A stretch of 64,000 nucleotides of DNA. It comes from Candidatus Multivoradales bacterium. GTDB taxonomy: Bacteria; Acidobacteriota; Thermoanaerobaculia; Multivoradales; JAHEKO01. The position numbers and the translations under genes are program-made. Location: NCBI GenBank assembly GCA_965223855.1, contig CBDCXM010000009.1, forward strand, positions 1,376,001 to 1,440,000, read 5' to 3'. Shown in pieces: positions 41,439 through 50,577 of the stretch (the first letter of the stretch is position 1; the number at the start of each line of letters is the position of its first letter). Under the pieces are notes generated by a model. It searched no databases and was not told the DNA's origin. It saw nothing but the letters and a program-made list of their open reading frames with translations.

Positions 41439-42149
41439 ATGAGCCACGCCGGACTCAACCTCGCGCGACGTCCGTTCGTCAACCGTCGACCGGTACGCCG
41501 GCTCGCCGGCCTGCTGTGGGTTCTCGCCCTCGCCCTGCTCGTCTTCAACGTGAGCGTCTACTGGCGTCATGTCGTCGGCTCCGGAGGGCAGGAGGAGGAG
41601 CTGACGGCACTGGCGGCAGAGGTGGAGGGGCAGACGGCGGCGCTCGAAGCGGCGGTCGCCAGGCTCGAAGGCTACGATCTCGAATGGCAGACGGAGCAGA
41701 TCGAGTACCTGAACGCGAGGATCGCCGAGCGCACCTTCGCCTGGAGCGCCCTGTTCGATGACCTGGCGGAGGTGCTGCCCGACACGGTGAGGCTGCAGCG
41801 GGTGACGCCTCGCTTCGGGCAGGACGGCACCGGTGGAGGGAGACGATCCGACACCGAAAGCAGGATGGGGGAGCAGGCGCTGCTGGAGCTCACCGGCGCG
41901 TCCGAGGACGACGAGGTGCTGCTCGTCCTGGTCGATGCCTTCTACGCGCACGACCGCTTCTTCCGTCCCGATCTGCAGGTGGAGTCGCGTCGCGACGCCG
42001 GCGGACTCGTCGAGTTCTCGATGAACGTCGGCTACCGGCCGGCTCCGATCGTGCCGCCGGCGCGGGAGGCGAAGGACGGCCAGGGCGACGGCGAGACCGA
42101 CAGCGAGGGTGCGACGCCGGCGGCGGCCCCGGCGGAGGTCGAATCATGA
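41439..42149 (+). CDS. PilN-like protein
   Basis: Start ATG 41439; LNLARRPF motif, TM helix, coiled coil, WSALFDDLAEVLPDTVRL. Confidence 0.8.
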   Translation: MSHAGLNLARRPFVNRRPVRRLAGLLWVLALALLVFNVSVYWRHVVGSGGQEEELTALAAEVEGQTAALEAAVARLEGYDLEWQTEQIEYLNARIAERTFAWSALFDDLAEVLPDTVRLQRVTPRFGQDGTGGGRRSDTESRMGEQALLELTGASEDDEVLLVLVDAFYAHDRFFRPDLQVESRRDAGGLVEFSMNVGYRPAPIVPPAREAKDGQGDGETDSEGATPAAAPAEVES

Positions 42150-42763
42150 GCTTCACGAGCCTCCGCAGCGACTGGAAGAGCTGGCTGCCGGCCGCAGTCC
42201 TGCTGACGGTCAATCTGTGCGCCTTCGCGCTCTACCAGGGGCTGTGGGCCGGCAGAGCCGAGGAGCGCTCGACGGCGGTGGAGCGCCAGCGCGACCGTCT
42301 CGCCCAGGTGACGAGCGAACGCGAGACGGCCGAGCGGCTCGCGACCCGTGCGGAACGCAACCACCGTCGCCTGACAAGGCTCTACCGGCAGCGCTTCCGC
42401 ACTCAGGAAGAGAGGGTCACGAAGCTGATCGCCGAGGTCAAGAGGCTCGCGCGCCGCTCGGGTCTCGATCCGGCGACCATCCGCTATCCCGACCAGGCGA
42501 TCGAGGGCCGTGGCCTCGTCAAGCGGTCGATCGTCTTCGGAGTCGACGGCAGCTACCAGGCGCTGAGACGGCTGATCAACCTCCTCGAGGTGACCGACAC
42601 CTTCGTGATTCTGGAGGAGATCCGACCCGGAGGTCGCAGCGGCAAGGGAAGCAGCGGGAACAATCTCAGCATCGACCTCGCGATCTCGACCTTGTTTCTC
42701 GAAGACGATCTCGACCCCGAACGGTTGGCCGCCGATCGCGACAGCGCGAGCGAAACGTCGTGA
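42146..42763 (+). CDS. PilO/GspM-like protein
   Basis: TM helix, coiled coil, GSYQALRRLINLLE motif. Confidence 0.8.
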   Translation: MSFTSLRSDWKSWLPAAVLLTVNLCAFALYQGLWAGRAEERSTAVERQRDRLAQVTSERETAERLATRAERNHRRLTRLYRQRFRTQEERVTKLIAEVKRLARRSGLDPATIRYPDQAIEGRGLVKRSIVFGVDGSYQALRRLINLLEVTDTFVILEEIRPGGRSGKGSSGNNLSIDLAISTLFLEDDLDPERLAADRDSASETS

Positions 42764-43323
42764 CGAAGGAAGAACGGCAGAAGAGACTGCTGGCGGCGCT
42801 GCTGGTGATCCTTGCGGTGTCGCTCGGCTATCGCGCGTTTCAGGGGGCTTCGAGGGACGCCGATGGGCCGGCGGCCCAGCGCAGGCTGTCCGGCTCCGGT
42901 GAACTGGCGCGGATCGAGCTGCCTCACCTCGAGCTCGAGCTGCTGCGTCGCGAAGCCGCCTCCTACACGCCGGGGCGCGATCTTTTCCGCTTCGCCGAAA
43001 AGGCGCCGCCGCCCCAGCCGCGGCCGGCCGTCGAGCGCCGGCCGGCGCCGCGGCCGCAACCGCGACCGGTCGCCCGGCCGGCGACGCCACCGACGCCTCC
43101 CCGGCCCCAGCCGCCGGCGATCGACTTCAACTACCTGGGCAGTTTCGGTCCGCCCGAGCGCCGCATCGCGGTGTTCGTGAAGGGCGACGAGATCTACAAC
43201 GCATTGGCGGGGGACGTCCTGATGGAGCGCTTTATCGTCGATAAGATCGGCTTCGAGTCGGCGGACATCGGGTTCGTCGGTTTCCCGGATGCTCCCGAGG
43301 CCCGGCTGCAGGCGGGAGGGTGA
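42760..43323 (+). CDS. PilP/GspC-like protein
   Basis: Start GTG 42760; TM helix, GRDLFRF, Pro-rich linker, FNYLG...GDVLMERFIVDKI beta domain. Confidence 0.65.
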   Translation: MTKEERQKRLLAALLVILAVSLGYRAFQGASRDADGPAAQRRLSGSGELARIELPHLELELLRREAASYTPGRDLFRFAEKAPPPQPRPAVERRPAPRPQPRPVARPATPPTPPRPQPPAIDFNYLGSFGPPERRIAVFVKGDEIYNALAGDVLMERFIVDKIGFESADIGFVGFPDAPEARLQAGG

Positions 43324-43360
43324 GGTCATGTCGGTGCAATTCGCGAGAGGAACGAATCGG

Positions 43361-45880
43361 ATGAAGCCCTGGCGCACTGTGATGGCGCTGCTCGTGTTGC
43401 TGACGCTCGTCGGCTGCTCGGGCTACCGCAGCTACCGGGAGGCACAGAGCGCCGAGCGCAACGGCGACTGGGACGAGGCGGTGCTCCACTATCTCGAGCT
43501 CACCGACCAGTACCCGAGCAACATCTCCTACAAGGCGGGCCTGCTGCGAGCCAAGATCAAGGCGTCGCAGGAGCACTTCCAGCGTGCGAAGAAGCTCCAC
43601 GCCGTCGGTTCGCTCGAGCAGGCGCGGCGGGAGTACCTGCAGACGCTGCAGCTCGATCCGTCGAATCAGTACGCCCAGGTCGAGTACGAGAAGGTGCAAC
43701 AGGAGATCGAGGCCAACGACGGCCAGGCCGGTCCGCGCTCGATCGACCAGATGAAGCAGAAGGTCAAGGAGGAGCAGGGCGGCCCGCCGACGCTCAACCC
43801 CAAGTCGAACGACCCGATCTCGCTCAACTTTCCGAACAAGGTGAGCGTGCGCGACATCTATCGGGCGCTCGGCAACGCCTTCGGTATCAACGTTCAGTTC
43901 GACTCCAAGCTGCGCGACAAGACGCTCGCGATCGAGCTGACCGACGTCACCGCCCAGGAGGCGCTCGAGTTCCTGATGCGCGCCGCCGGGCACTTCTACA
44001 AGGTCCTCAACGAGGACACGATCATCGTCATCGAGGACAACGCCCAGAACCGGCGCGAGTACGAAGAGCAGGTGATCCAGACCTTCTTCCTGTCGAACGC
44101 CGAGGTCAAGGAGATGCTGACGCTCCTGAGAAGCCTCGTCGGCACCAAGAACATTGCCTCGAACGATCAGCTCAACGCGATCGTGCTGCGCGACTCGGCA
44201 GACGCCGTCAAGGTGGCGGAGCGGATCATCCAGGCCAACGACAAGGCGCGCGGCGAGGTGGTGGTCGACGTCGAGCTGCTGCAGATCAACACCTCGAAGA
44301 TGCAGGACCTGGGGATCGAGCTCTCCCAGTACCGGATCAACCAGAACCTCGACCAGGATCCGGCTCTCCGGGTCTCCGATCTCGAGTTCCTCAATCAGCA
44401 GAACTGGGAGATCACGCTTCCAGGCTTCATCTACGACTTCATCAAGACGAGCTCCGAGGCGCAGCTTCTCGCCAACCCGCAGGTGCGCATCAGCGACGGC
44501 GAGCCGGCGAATCTGGTGATCGGCGACCGGGTGCCGATTCCGGTGACGACGTTCAACTCCGCGCAGACGGTCGGCTCGAACATCGTGCCGATCACCTCGT
44601 TCCAGTACCAGGACATCGGCATCCGCCTCGAGATCGAGCCGCGCATCCACCACAACCGCGAGATCACCCTCAACATCCAGGTCGAAGTGGCGAGCGTCGC
44701 CGGTTCGGTCGAGGGGACGGGCGGGGTGCAGCCGATCATCGCCACCCGCAACATCCAGTCGACGATCCGGCTCAAAGACGGCGAGACGAACTTCCTCGCG
44801 GGCCTCATCCGTGACGATCAGACGACCGGCCAGACCGGCGTCCCCGGGCTGGGTGATATCCCGATTCTCGGCCGCTTCTTCTCCAAGAAGTCGAACGACA
44901 ACCGGCGCACCGATCTGGTGCTGACGCTCACCCCCCACATCATTCGCACCGCCGACATCACCGAGGAAGACCTGCAGCCGCTGTGGGTCGGCACCGAGGG
45001 CAACCTGACCTTTCGCGGCGGCAGCCCGCGGGTCGAATCGGAGGTCGAGGGACCGTTCGACGACGACGAGGTCGACGACGAGGAGAACGAGCGCATCCGC
45101 GACCTGATCCGTCGCCGCATCGAGTCGCTGCCGCAGGGGCTGCGCGACGAGGGCGAGGAGGAGGGAACCCCGGGGATCGATCTCGTGCCTTCGTCGCCGC
45201 CGAGCGATCCGTTCGGGCGCAACGACGACGATGGCGACGATGGCGACGACGACTCGAGATTCGACCTGTCGATCCGCCTCCCCGAACGGCAGGATGCATC
45301 TGCCGTCTACGCGGCCTGGGCCGCCGCACCCTCGGGTGGCGGAGGTGGCGGGGACCGCGGGGGAGACGCAGCGCCGGTGGTCACCGCGAGGCTCGTCGCC
45401 GATCGCACCTCCGTGGAAGTGGGCCAGGAGATCGAAGTGCGCCTCGAGGCCGACGCCGCGGTCGAGATCTCGCACCTGCCGACGACCCTGCGCTTCCCCG
45501 GCCGGCGGCTCGAGGTGGTGAGCGCCGAGATCGGCGCGTTCCTGGGGCCGGAGGGGGCCGCTCGGATGCTTTCCGATCTTGCCCGCCCCGGCCACGTGGT
45601 GCTGGGGCCGAGCCGTCTCGGCCGGCGACCAGGAGTCTCCGGCAGCGGAGTGGTGGCGGTCGTGACCTTCCGCGCTCTGGCCGAGGGGGAGGCACGGATC
45701 CGCTTCGGTGATCTCGAGGTTCTCGACCCGCGGCTGGCGGAAGTCGAGCCGGTCGGCCGACAGGGGCTGACCCTCGACGTCGTCGCCGCCGGGACCCTGC
45801 CGCCGCCGGCGGACGACGGTCTGGAGCGTCCTGCGCCTGAGGAGCGGCCCGCGGCGTCGCCGACGGAGGATCCGCCGTGA
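43361..45880 (+). CDS. Lipoprotein secretin (GspD/PilQ family) with N-terminal TPR and C-terminal cohesin-like domain
   Basis: LVGC lipobox, TPR, N domains, LLANPQVR, YQDIGIRLEIEP, VPGLGDIPILGRFF, then GSGVVAVVTFRA beta-sandwich. Confidence 0.9.
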   Translation: MKPWRTVMALLVLLTLVGCSGYRSYREAQSAERNGDWDEAVLHYLELTDQYPSNISYKAGLLRAKIKASQEHFQRAKKLHAVGSLEQARREYLQTLQLDPSNQYAQVEYEKVQQEIEANDGQAGPRSIDQMKQKVKEEQGGPPTLNPKSNDPISLNFPNKVSVRDIYRALGNAFGINVQFDSKLRDKTLAIELTDVTAQEALEFLMRAAGHFYKVLNEDTIIVIEDNAQNRREYEEQVIQTFFLSNAEVKEMLTLLRSLVGTKNIASNDQLNAIVLRDSADAVKVAERIIQANDKARGEVVVDVELLQINTSKMQDLGIELSQYRINQNLDQDPALRVSDLEFLNQQNWEITLPGFIYDFIKTSSEAQLLANPQVRISDGEPANLVIGDRVPIPVTTFNSAQTVGSNIVPITSFQYQDIGIRLEIEPRIHHNREITLNIQVEVASVAGSVEGTGGVQPIIATRNIQSTIRLKDGETNFLAGLIRDDQTTGQTGVPGLGDIPILGRFFSKKSNDNRRTDLVLTLTPHIIRTADITEEDLQPLWVGTEGNLTFRGGSPRVESEVEGPFDDDEVDDEENERIRDLIRRRIESLPQGLRDEGEEEGTPGIDLVPSSPPSDPFGRNDDDGDDGDDDSRFDLSIRLPERQDASAVYAAWAAAPSGGGGGGDRGGDAAPVVTARLVADRTSVEVGQEIEVRLEADAAVEISHLPTTLRFPGRRLEVVSAEIGAFLGPEGAARMLSDLARPGHVVLGPSRLGRRPGVSGSGVVAVVTFRALAEGEARIRFGDLEVLDPRLAEVEPVGRQGLTLDVVAAGTLPPPADDGLERPAPEERPAASPTEDPP

Positions 45881-45915
45881 TCGTCGGCCGAGGGGCTGCG
45901 GGGAGAGCTTGAGCC

Positions 45916-46383
45916 GTGACGTTTCGACGGCCTCATCGCGGCGGCTACACCCTCGCCGAGCTGGTCCTCGTCTGCACGCTGCTGGTGACGCTGGCCGGCG
46001 TGGCGCTGCCGCTCGGCAAGCGCACGGTCAAGCGCTCGAAGGAGGCGGATCTCCGGTTGTCGCTGCGGGTGCTGCGCAACGCGATCGACGAGTACAAGCG
46101 CTTCAGTGACGCCGGCCTCATCCCGATCGAGCTCGGCACCGACGGCTACCCGCCCGATCTCGAAGTGCTGGTCGAGGGTGTGGAACTGGTCGGCCAGGTC
46201 GACGGCGATTACCGGTTCCTGCGTCGCATCCCGGTCGATCCGATGACCGGTACCACCGAGTGGGGTCTGCGCAGTTATCAGGACGAATGGGATTCCGAGT
46301 CCTGGGACGGCGCCAACGTCTACGACGTCTATTCCGAGAGCGCCGGGGTCGGCCTCAACGGAGTGGAGTACCGGCTGTGGTGA
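45916..46383 (+). CDS. GspG-like pseudopilin 1
   Basis: GG/YTLAELVLV leader, LRNAIDEY, YPPDLEVLV, FLRRIPVDPMT. Confidence 0.85.
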   Translation: MTFRRPHRGGYTLAELVLVCTLLVTLAGVALPLGKRTVKRSKEADLRLSLRVLRNAIDEYKRFSDAGLIPIELGTDGYPPDLEVLVEGVELVGQVDGDYRFLRRIPVDPMTGTTEWGLRSYQDEWDSESWDGANVYDVYSESAGVGLNGVEYRLW

Positions 46384-46820
46384 CGCGTCTCGATCGATCG
46401 CTCAGGCGGCGACGCGCCGCCGGTTTCACGCTGCTCGAGCTCATCATCGTGGTGGCGATGATCGGCATCCTCGCCACCATCGCCCTGCCGGCGCTGCGAC
46501 AGTGGCCGCGCAGGGCCGGAGAGGCGGTCCTCAAGACCGACCTGAGGACTTTCCGCGACGTCATCGATCAGTACCACAGCGACAAGGGGTACTACCCGAC
46601 GGCCCTCTCCGAACTGGTCGATGACGGTTATCTTCGCGACATTCCGGTCGACCCGATCACGAAGAGCGCCCAGACATGGGTTCCGGTCTTCCAGCAGATC
46701 GACCCGGACAACGCGCCGGCCGAGACCGATCTCGCGGAGGGCGGCCAGCCCGGCATCATCGACGTGAAGTCCGGCTCGATCGAGACCGGCCTCGACGGAG
46801 TTCCCTACAGCGAGTGGTAG
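46380..46820 (+). CDS. GspG-like pseudopilin 2
   Basis: Start GTG 46380; AG/FTLLELIIVVAMIGILA, YPTALSELV, YLRDIPVDPIT, DGVPYSEW. Confidence 0.88.
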   Translation: MTRLDRSLRRRRAAGFTLLELIIVVAMIGILATIALPALRQWPRRAGEAVLKTDLRTFRDVIDQYHSDKGYYPTALSELVDDGYLRDIPVDPITKSAQTWVPVFQQIDPDNAPAETDLAEGGQPGIIDVKSGSIETGLDGVPYSEW

Positions 46821-46827
46821 GGGGCCG

Positions 46828-47637
46828 ATGCCGGAGTTGATGAAGCACTCCCGCCGCCGGAGCCGCTCGCCCCGGAGCCGCTCGCGGAGACGCTCGATTG
46901 GGGAGCTGCGCGAGCACGGCTACAACCTCGTGTTCCTGATCTGCATGTTCACCCTGCTGAGTGTCGCCCTCACGGCGGCGCTGCCGCGCTTCGAGCACTG
47001 GGTGCAGCGCGAGAAGGAGGCGGAGCTGATCTTCCGCGGCATGCAGATCGCCGAAGGGATCCGTATCTTCCAGATGAGGCACGGCCGCTACCCAAACTCG
47101 CTCCAGGAGATGCTCGAGGTCGAGCCGCGCTCCCTGCGCCAGTTGTGGCGCGACCCGATGAGCGACGACGGCAGTTGGGGGCTCATTCTCGCCAGCTCCG
47201 GCGGCGGCGAATCGGGGCAGGCGGTCGACGAGGACGGCAACCCGGTCGATGCCGATCAGAACCAGGGTCGTAACCTGGCGGCGGGAAGTGCCCCGTCGCA
47301 GGGTTTCCAACTCGACCGTCCCAGCTTCGGCACCCCCAACCTGACGGGGCCGATCCTCGGCGTCGTCAGCCGCTCGAAGCGGCAATCGATCCGCACCTTT
47401 CTCGACAAGGACGTCTACTCGGAGTGGCGCTTCACCGCCACCATGCTGCCGCAGCCGGCGCTGATCCCGGGAGCGACCCAGGTGGCGAGTGCCAGTGTCG
47501 AGAACTTCGGCCGCCCGTTCCCCCCTGGGGTCAAGCCGCAGGCCGGTACCGGCCTGGGAGGGGAGGCGGCCGAGCTCTCCGGCGGCAGTGCACCCACGAA
47601 CCTGTTCGATCGCGACGGTGGGGAGGACGGCGGTTGA
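46828..47637 (+). CDS. Minor pseudopilin lacking Glu5 (GspK/PilX-like role)
   Basis: HG/YNLVFL leader, [35 protein letters not shown]. Confidence 0.75.
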   Translation: MPELMKHSRRRSRSPRSRSRRRSIGELREHGYNLVFLICMFTLLSVALTAALPRFEHWVQREKEAELIFRGMQIAEGIRIFQMRHGRYPNSLQEMLEVEPRSLRQLWRDPMSDDGSWGLILASSGGGESGQAVDEDGNPVDADQNQGRNLAAGSAPSQGFQLDRPSFGTPNLTGPILGVVSRSKRQSIRTFLDKDVYSEWRFTATMLPQPALIPGATQVASASVENFGRPFPPGVKPQAGTGLGGEAAELSGGSAPTNLFDRDGGEDGG

Positions 47638-48122
47638 CGGTCCCGGACAGAGCGGCCGGCCAGGCCGTCGGTCGGGTCGTCGTCCGAGTCAAGCGCCTCG
47701 ACGGTCAGGAGGATCTGCCGCTTCCCAGCCTCGCCTCTGCTCAGGCGGCGGGCTGGGACCTTCCGGCCGGAGTCAGAGAACCGTTCGAGCTCGAGCCGGG
47801 CGCCCGCGCGCTCGTACCCTGCGGCATTGCTCTGGAGATACCGGACGGTTTCGAGGGGCAGGTCAGGCCGAGGTCGGGGCTCGCCCTGCGTCACGGGGTG
47901 ACCGTGCTCAACGCTCCCGGGACGATCGACGCCGACTATCGTGGCGAGGTCGGCGTGATCCTGGCGAACTTCGGTGACCGGCCGTTCACCGTGGCTCGCG
48001 GCGACCGCATCGCCCAGCTCGTCATCGCGCCGCTGGCGCGAGGGGTAGCGTTCGAGATCGCCGAGGCGCTCGCCTCTACCGAGCGCGGTTCCGGCGGCTT
48101 CGGATCGACCGGCACCGACTGA
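47634..48122 (+). CDS. dut: dUTP diphosphatase
   Basis: Start TTG 47634; [40 protein letters not shown]. Confidence 0.97.
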   Translation: MTVPDRAAGQAVGRVVVRVKRLDGQEDLPLPSLASAQAAGWDLPAGVREPFELEPGARALVPCGIALEIPDGFEGQVRPRSGLALRHGVTVLNAPGTIDADYRGEVGVILANFGDRPFTVARGDRIAQLVIAPLARGVAFEIAEALASTERGSGGFGSTGTD

Positions 48123-48139
48123 GGTCTGCCCCAGTCCGC

Positions 48140-48170
48140 GGCCGGCTCAGCTCGTGGCCGGCTCAGCTCG
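48140..48170. repeat. Two-copy 16-bp tandem repeat between convergent genes
   Basis: GGCCGGCTCAGCTCG-T-GGCCGGCTCAGCTCG. Confidence 0.7.
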
Positions 48171-48176
48171 CGCCTC

Positions 48177-48404
48177 TCAGCCCTTGGGCGGCGGCGAGCC
48201 GGCCTTCGCGGCGATCGCTTCCATCAGCTCCTGCACGATCTCCCGGAGTTCGATGACGTAGTGCGCCATGACCTTGGCATGGTCCTCCAGCTCCTCCTGC
48301 GTCGCGCGGTGAAAGCTGTGGCGCTTCGGTCTCACCTTGTAGGTCGCCGACTCGTCGAGCGCCTTGACCCGTTCGTAGACCTCGCGGAAGCGTTGGGGGT
48401 CCAT
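48177..48404 (-). CDS. Small helical hypothetical protein
   Basis: 75 aa with normal codon pattern; AAAGG RBS; last gene of a three-gene operon. Confidence 0.65.
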   Translation of the reverse strand: MDPQRFREVYERVKALDESATYKVRPKRHSFHRATQEELEDHAKVMAHYVIELREIVQELMEAIAAKAGSPPPKG

Positions 48405-48405
48405 G

Positions 48406-48777
48406 TCAGCCGCCTTTCCGGGTCGATTCCGCCGTGCGCGCCGCGAAGCCGCGCACCAGCAGGTTGAAGAGCGCCAGCACGAGCCCGCCGAGGATCGCCG
48501 GCAGGCAGCCGGAGACGCTGAGCCCGTCGAGCAGCGCCGCCGCCAGCCAGAAGAGCAGGCCGTTGACCACGAGGTAGAAGAGCCCGAAGGTCACGAGAAT
48601 CGCCGGCAGCGACAGCAGCGTGACGATCGGCTTCACCAGCAGATTCAGGGCGCCGACGACGATGCCCGTCAACAGCAGGTAGGCCAGCGATCCCTGATAG
48701 GCGACTCCGGGGACGAGTTTCGCGGCGACGACGATGCCGAGGCCGTTGAGTACGAGTCTGGCGAGCAGGTTCATCAT
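48406..48777 (-). CDS. 4-TM phage-holin-like membrane protein (YvlD type)
   Basis: LNLLVKPIVTLLSLPAILVTFGLFYLVVNG signature. Confidence 0.9.
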   Translation of the reverse strand: MMNLLARLVLNGLGIVVAAKLVPGVAYQGSLAYLLLTGIVVGALNLLVKPIVTLLSLPAILVTFGLFYLVVNGLLFWLAAALLDGLSVSGCLPAILGGLVLALFNLLVRGFAARTAESTRKGG

Positions 48778-49391
48778 CAGTTCACCGCCGGATCCGAGTC
48801 GCTGTCGAACACGGCCAGCGACTCCGGCTCGATGCCGAGCCCTTCGAGGGCGCGGTCCCAGATCGTATCGGGCGCGGTGTCGAACAGCAGCTCGTCGGTC
48901 GCCCGGGCCACCAGCCAGTCGTTGCGCGACACCTCCTCGACCAACTGACCCTCGCTCCAGCCCGCATAGCCGAGCACGAGACGGAAAAATTCGGGCGGAG
49001 CGGAGGCGAGTTCCGCGAGCGAGCCGACGTGCTGCGTCATCCGCAGCCCGGGCGCCAGCTCGACCGCCGTCTCCGGGTCGACCTCGATCCTCTCTCCCGG
49101 CTGCTCGCGGAAGAGCACCGTGCCGAGCTGTGGCTGCACCGGCCCTCCGAAGTAGGCGTTGGCGCCTTCTTCACCCTCCCACGCGATCTCGAGTCCCGAG
49201 AGGATCTCCGCCACCTTGATCTCCGTGCGGCGGTTGAGGATGAAGCCGAGACTGCCCTCCTCGCCGTGCTGGAGGAGCAGCACCACGCTGCGATGGAAGA
49301 ACGGGTCGAGAACGCGCGGCGTGGCCAGCAGCAGAACCGGCGGCTCGAGGGCCGGAGGGGTGATCTCGGGTGACGTCGCAGCCGCGGCCAT
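48777..49391 (-). CDS. YqgE/AlgH family protein
   Basis: LLLATP, DPFFHRSVVLL, GFILNR, FGGPV, LGYAGWSEGQLVEE. Confidence 0.93.
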   Translation of the reverse strand: MAAAATSPEITPPALEPPVLLLATPRVLDPFFHRSVVLLLQHGEEGSLGFILNRRTEIKVAEILSGLEIAWEGEEGANAYFGGPVQPQLGTVLFREQPGERIEVDPETAVELAPGLRMTQHVGSLAELASAPPEFFRLVLGYAGWSEGQLVEEVSRNDWLVARATDELLFDTAPDTIWDRALEGLGIEPESLAVFDSDSDPAVN

Positions 49392-49489
49392 AGACGGATC
49401 TTACGCGACGAGCGGTAACGGAAGCCTCTTCGCGGGCGCCCTGTTACGGGAAGGGCGGAGACGACAAGTCCCGGAAAGGAAGGATCACG

Positions 49490-50056
49490 ATGCTGCGTAG
49501 TCGGAACCCGAAGCTTCTGTGGATCGCCTGTCTGTCGGTTTCTACCGGCTGCCTGTCGACCCTGCCACCCAAGGACCTCGCACCGGTCGGGAGTGTCGAG
49601 CGGGCGGCCGCGACCGACCTCTCCGGAAGCTACTGCTTCAGCGACCCCGAGGAGAGCGTCCGAGGCTTCGAGCGTGATCTGTCGGACCTCTCCTGGTTGC
49701 CGCTCGACAGAGCGGAGGAGGGGACTCTCATCGAAGTGCGCCACGATGGCGACTCGATCGGCTTCTCCTTCGTCGATGCCGAGGGAGAGCCCCTGACGGC
49801 GCACACGAACCTGGGCGAGGCGGCGAGCGTCGAGAACGGCGTCATCACCGTGGATCGCCGCGCGAGTTCCAGGGGAGCGCGAATGGGAGTCGGCCGCTCG
49901 CGTGAGGAGAGCTATGCCTTCCGGATGGCGGACGGCCGCCTGGTGCTCGGAACACTCTCCGCCGAACGCGGAATGGCTTTCCTCGTCGTCCCCTTCCGGG
50001 AGCGCTACGAGATCGTCGTCGAGCTGGCTCCGGCGATCGACGGTGGCTGCCACTGA
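49490..50056 (+). CDS. Hypothetical lipoprotein
   Basis: GAAAGGAAGG RBS, STGC lipobox, beta-rich body. Confidence 0.65.
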   Translation: MLRSRNPKLLWIACLSVSTGCLSTLPPKDLAPVGSVERAAATDLSGSYCFSDPEESVRGFERDLSDLSWLPLDRAEEGTLIEVRHDGDSIGFSFVDAEGEPLTAHTNLGEAASVENGVITVDRRASSRGARMGVGRSREESYAFRMADGRLVLGTLSAERGMAFLVVPFRERYEIVVELAPAIDGGCH

Positions 50057-50109
50057 AGTTCCGGCACGGGCCGGTCCCCTGGGCCAATCCTGGTGCTAGC
50101 GTAGCCGCC

Positions 50110-50577
50110 ATGTCGGCACCTTCGAGCCTCACGAGAAGCCTCACGGCGCTCCTGCCGCTCGCTGTGCTCGCCTTCCCGTGTGCAACGTCGGCGGAGCCCG
50201 AGGCCGGGTTCCATGAGGGAGCGGATGTGGCCTGGATCACCCGTTCGGGAGACCGGGTGGATCTCGAAGGGCACCTCGTGCCGGGCAAGGTGACGGTGTT
50301 CGACTTCTGGGCCGAGTGGTGCCTGCCGTGCCGCGAGGTCGATCGGGCGATGGCGGCGATCCTCGCCGAAGCTCCCGATGTCGCCCTGCGCAAGATCGAC
50401 GTCGTCGAGTGGGATCGGCCGGTCGTCGAGCAGCACCTGAGCCGGGTCGAAGCGCTGCCGTACCTGATGGTCTATTCCGCCGAGGGAAGGCGGGTCGGGG
50501 TGGTCGAGGGGCTCGACGTGGAGAGGCTCGAGCGTGCGATCGAGAGGGCGCGTGGCGCCAGGGGAAGAGGGCGATGA
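50110..50577 (+). CDS. Exported thioredoxin-family protein (WCLPC)
   Basis: Signal peptide, VFDFWAEWCLPC, ALPY cis-Pro loop; ATGA overlap with the next gene. Confidence 0.9.
   Translation: MSAPSSLTRSLTALLPLAVLAFPCATSAEPEAGFHEGADVAWITRSGDRVDLEGHLVPGKVTVFDFWAEWCLPCREVDRAMAAILAEAPDVALRKIDVVEWDRPVVEQHLSRVEALPYLMVYSAEGRRVGVVEGLDVERLERAIERARGARGRGR

Noticed and set aside
48406-48777. Prophage suggested by holin-like gene and dut
   Set aside because: Both are common chromosomal genes; no integrase, capsid, tail or lysin genes nearby
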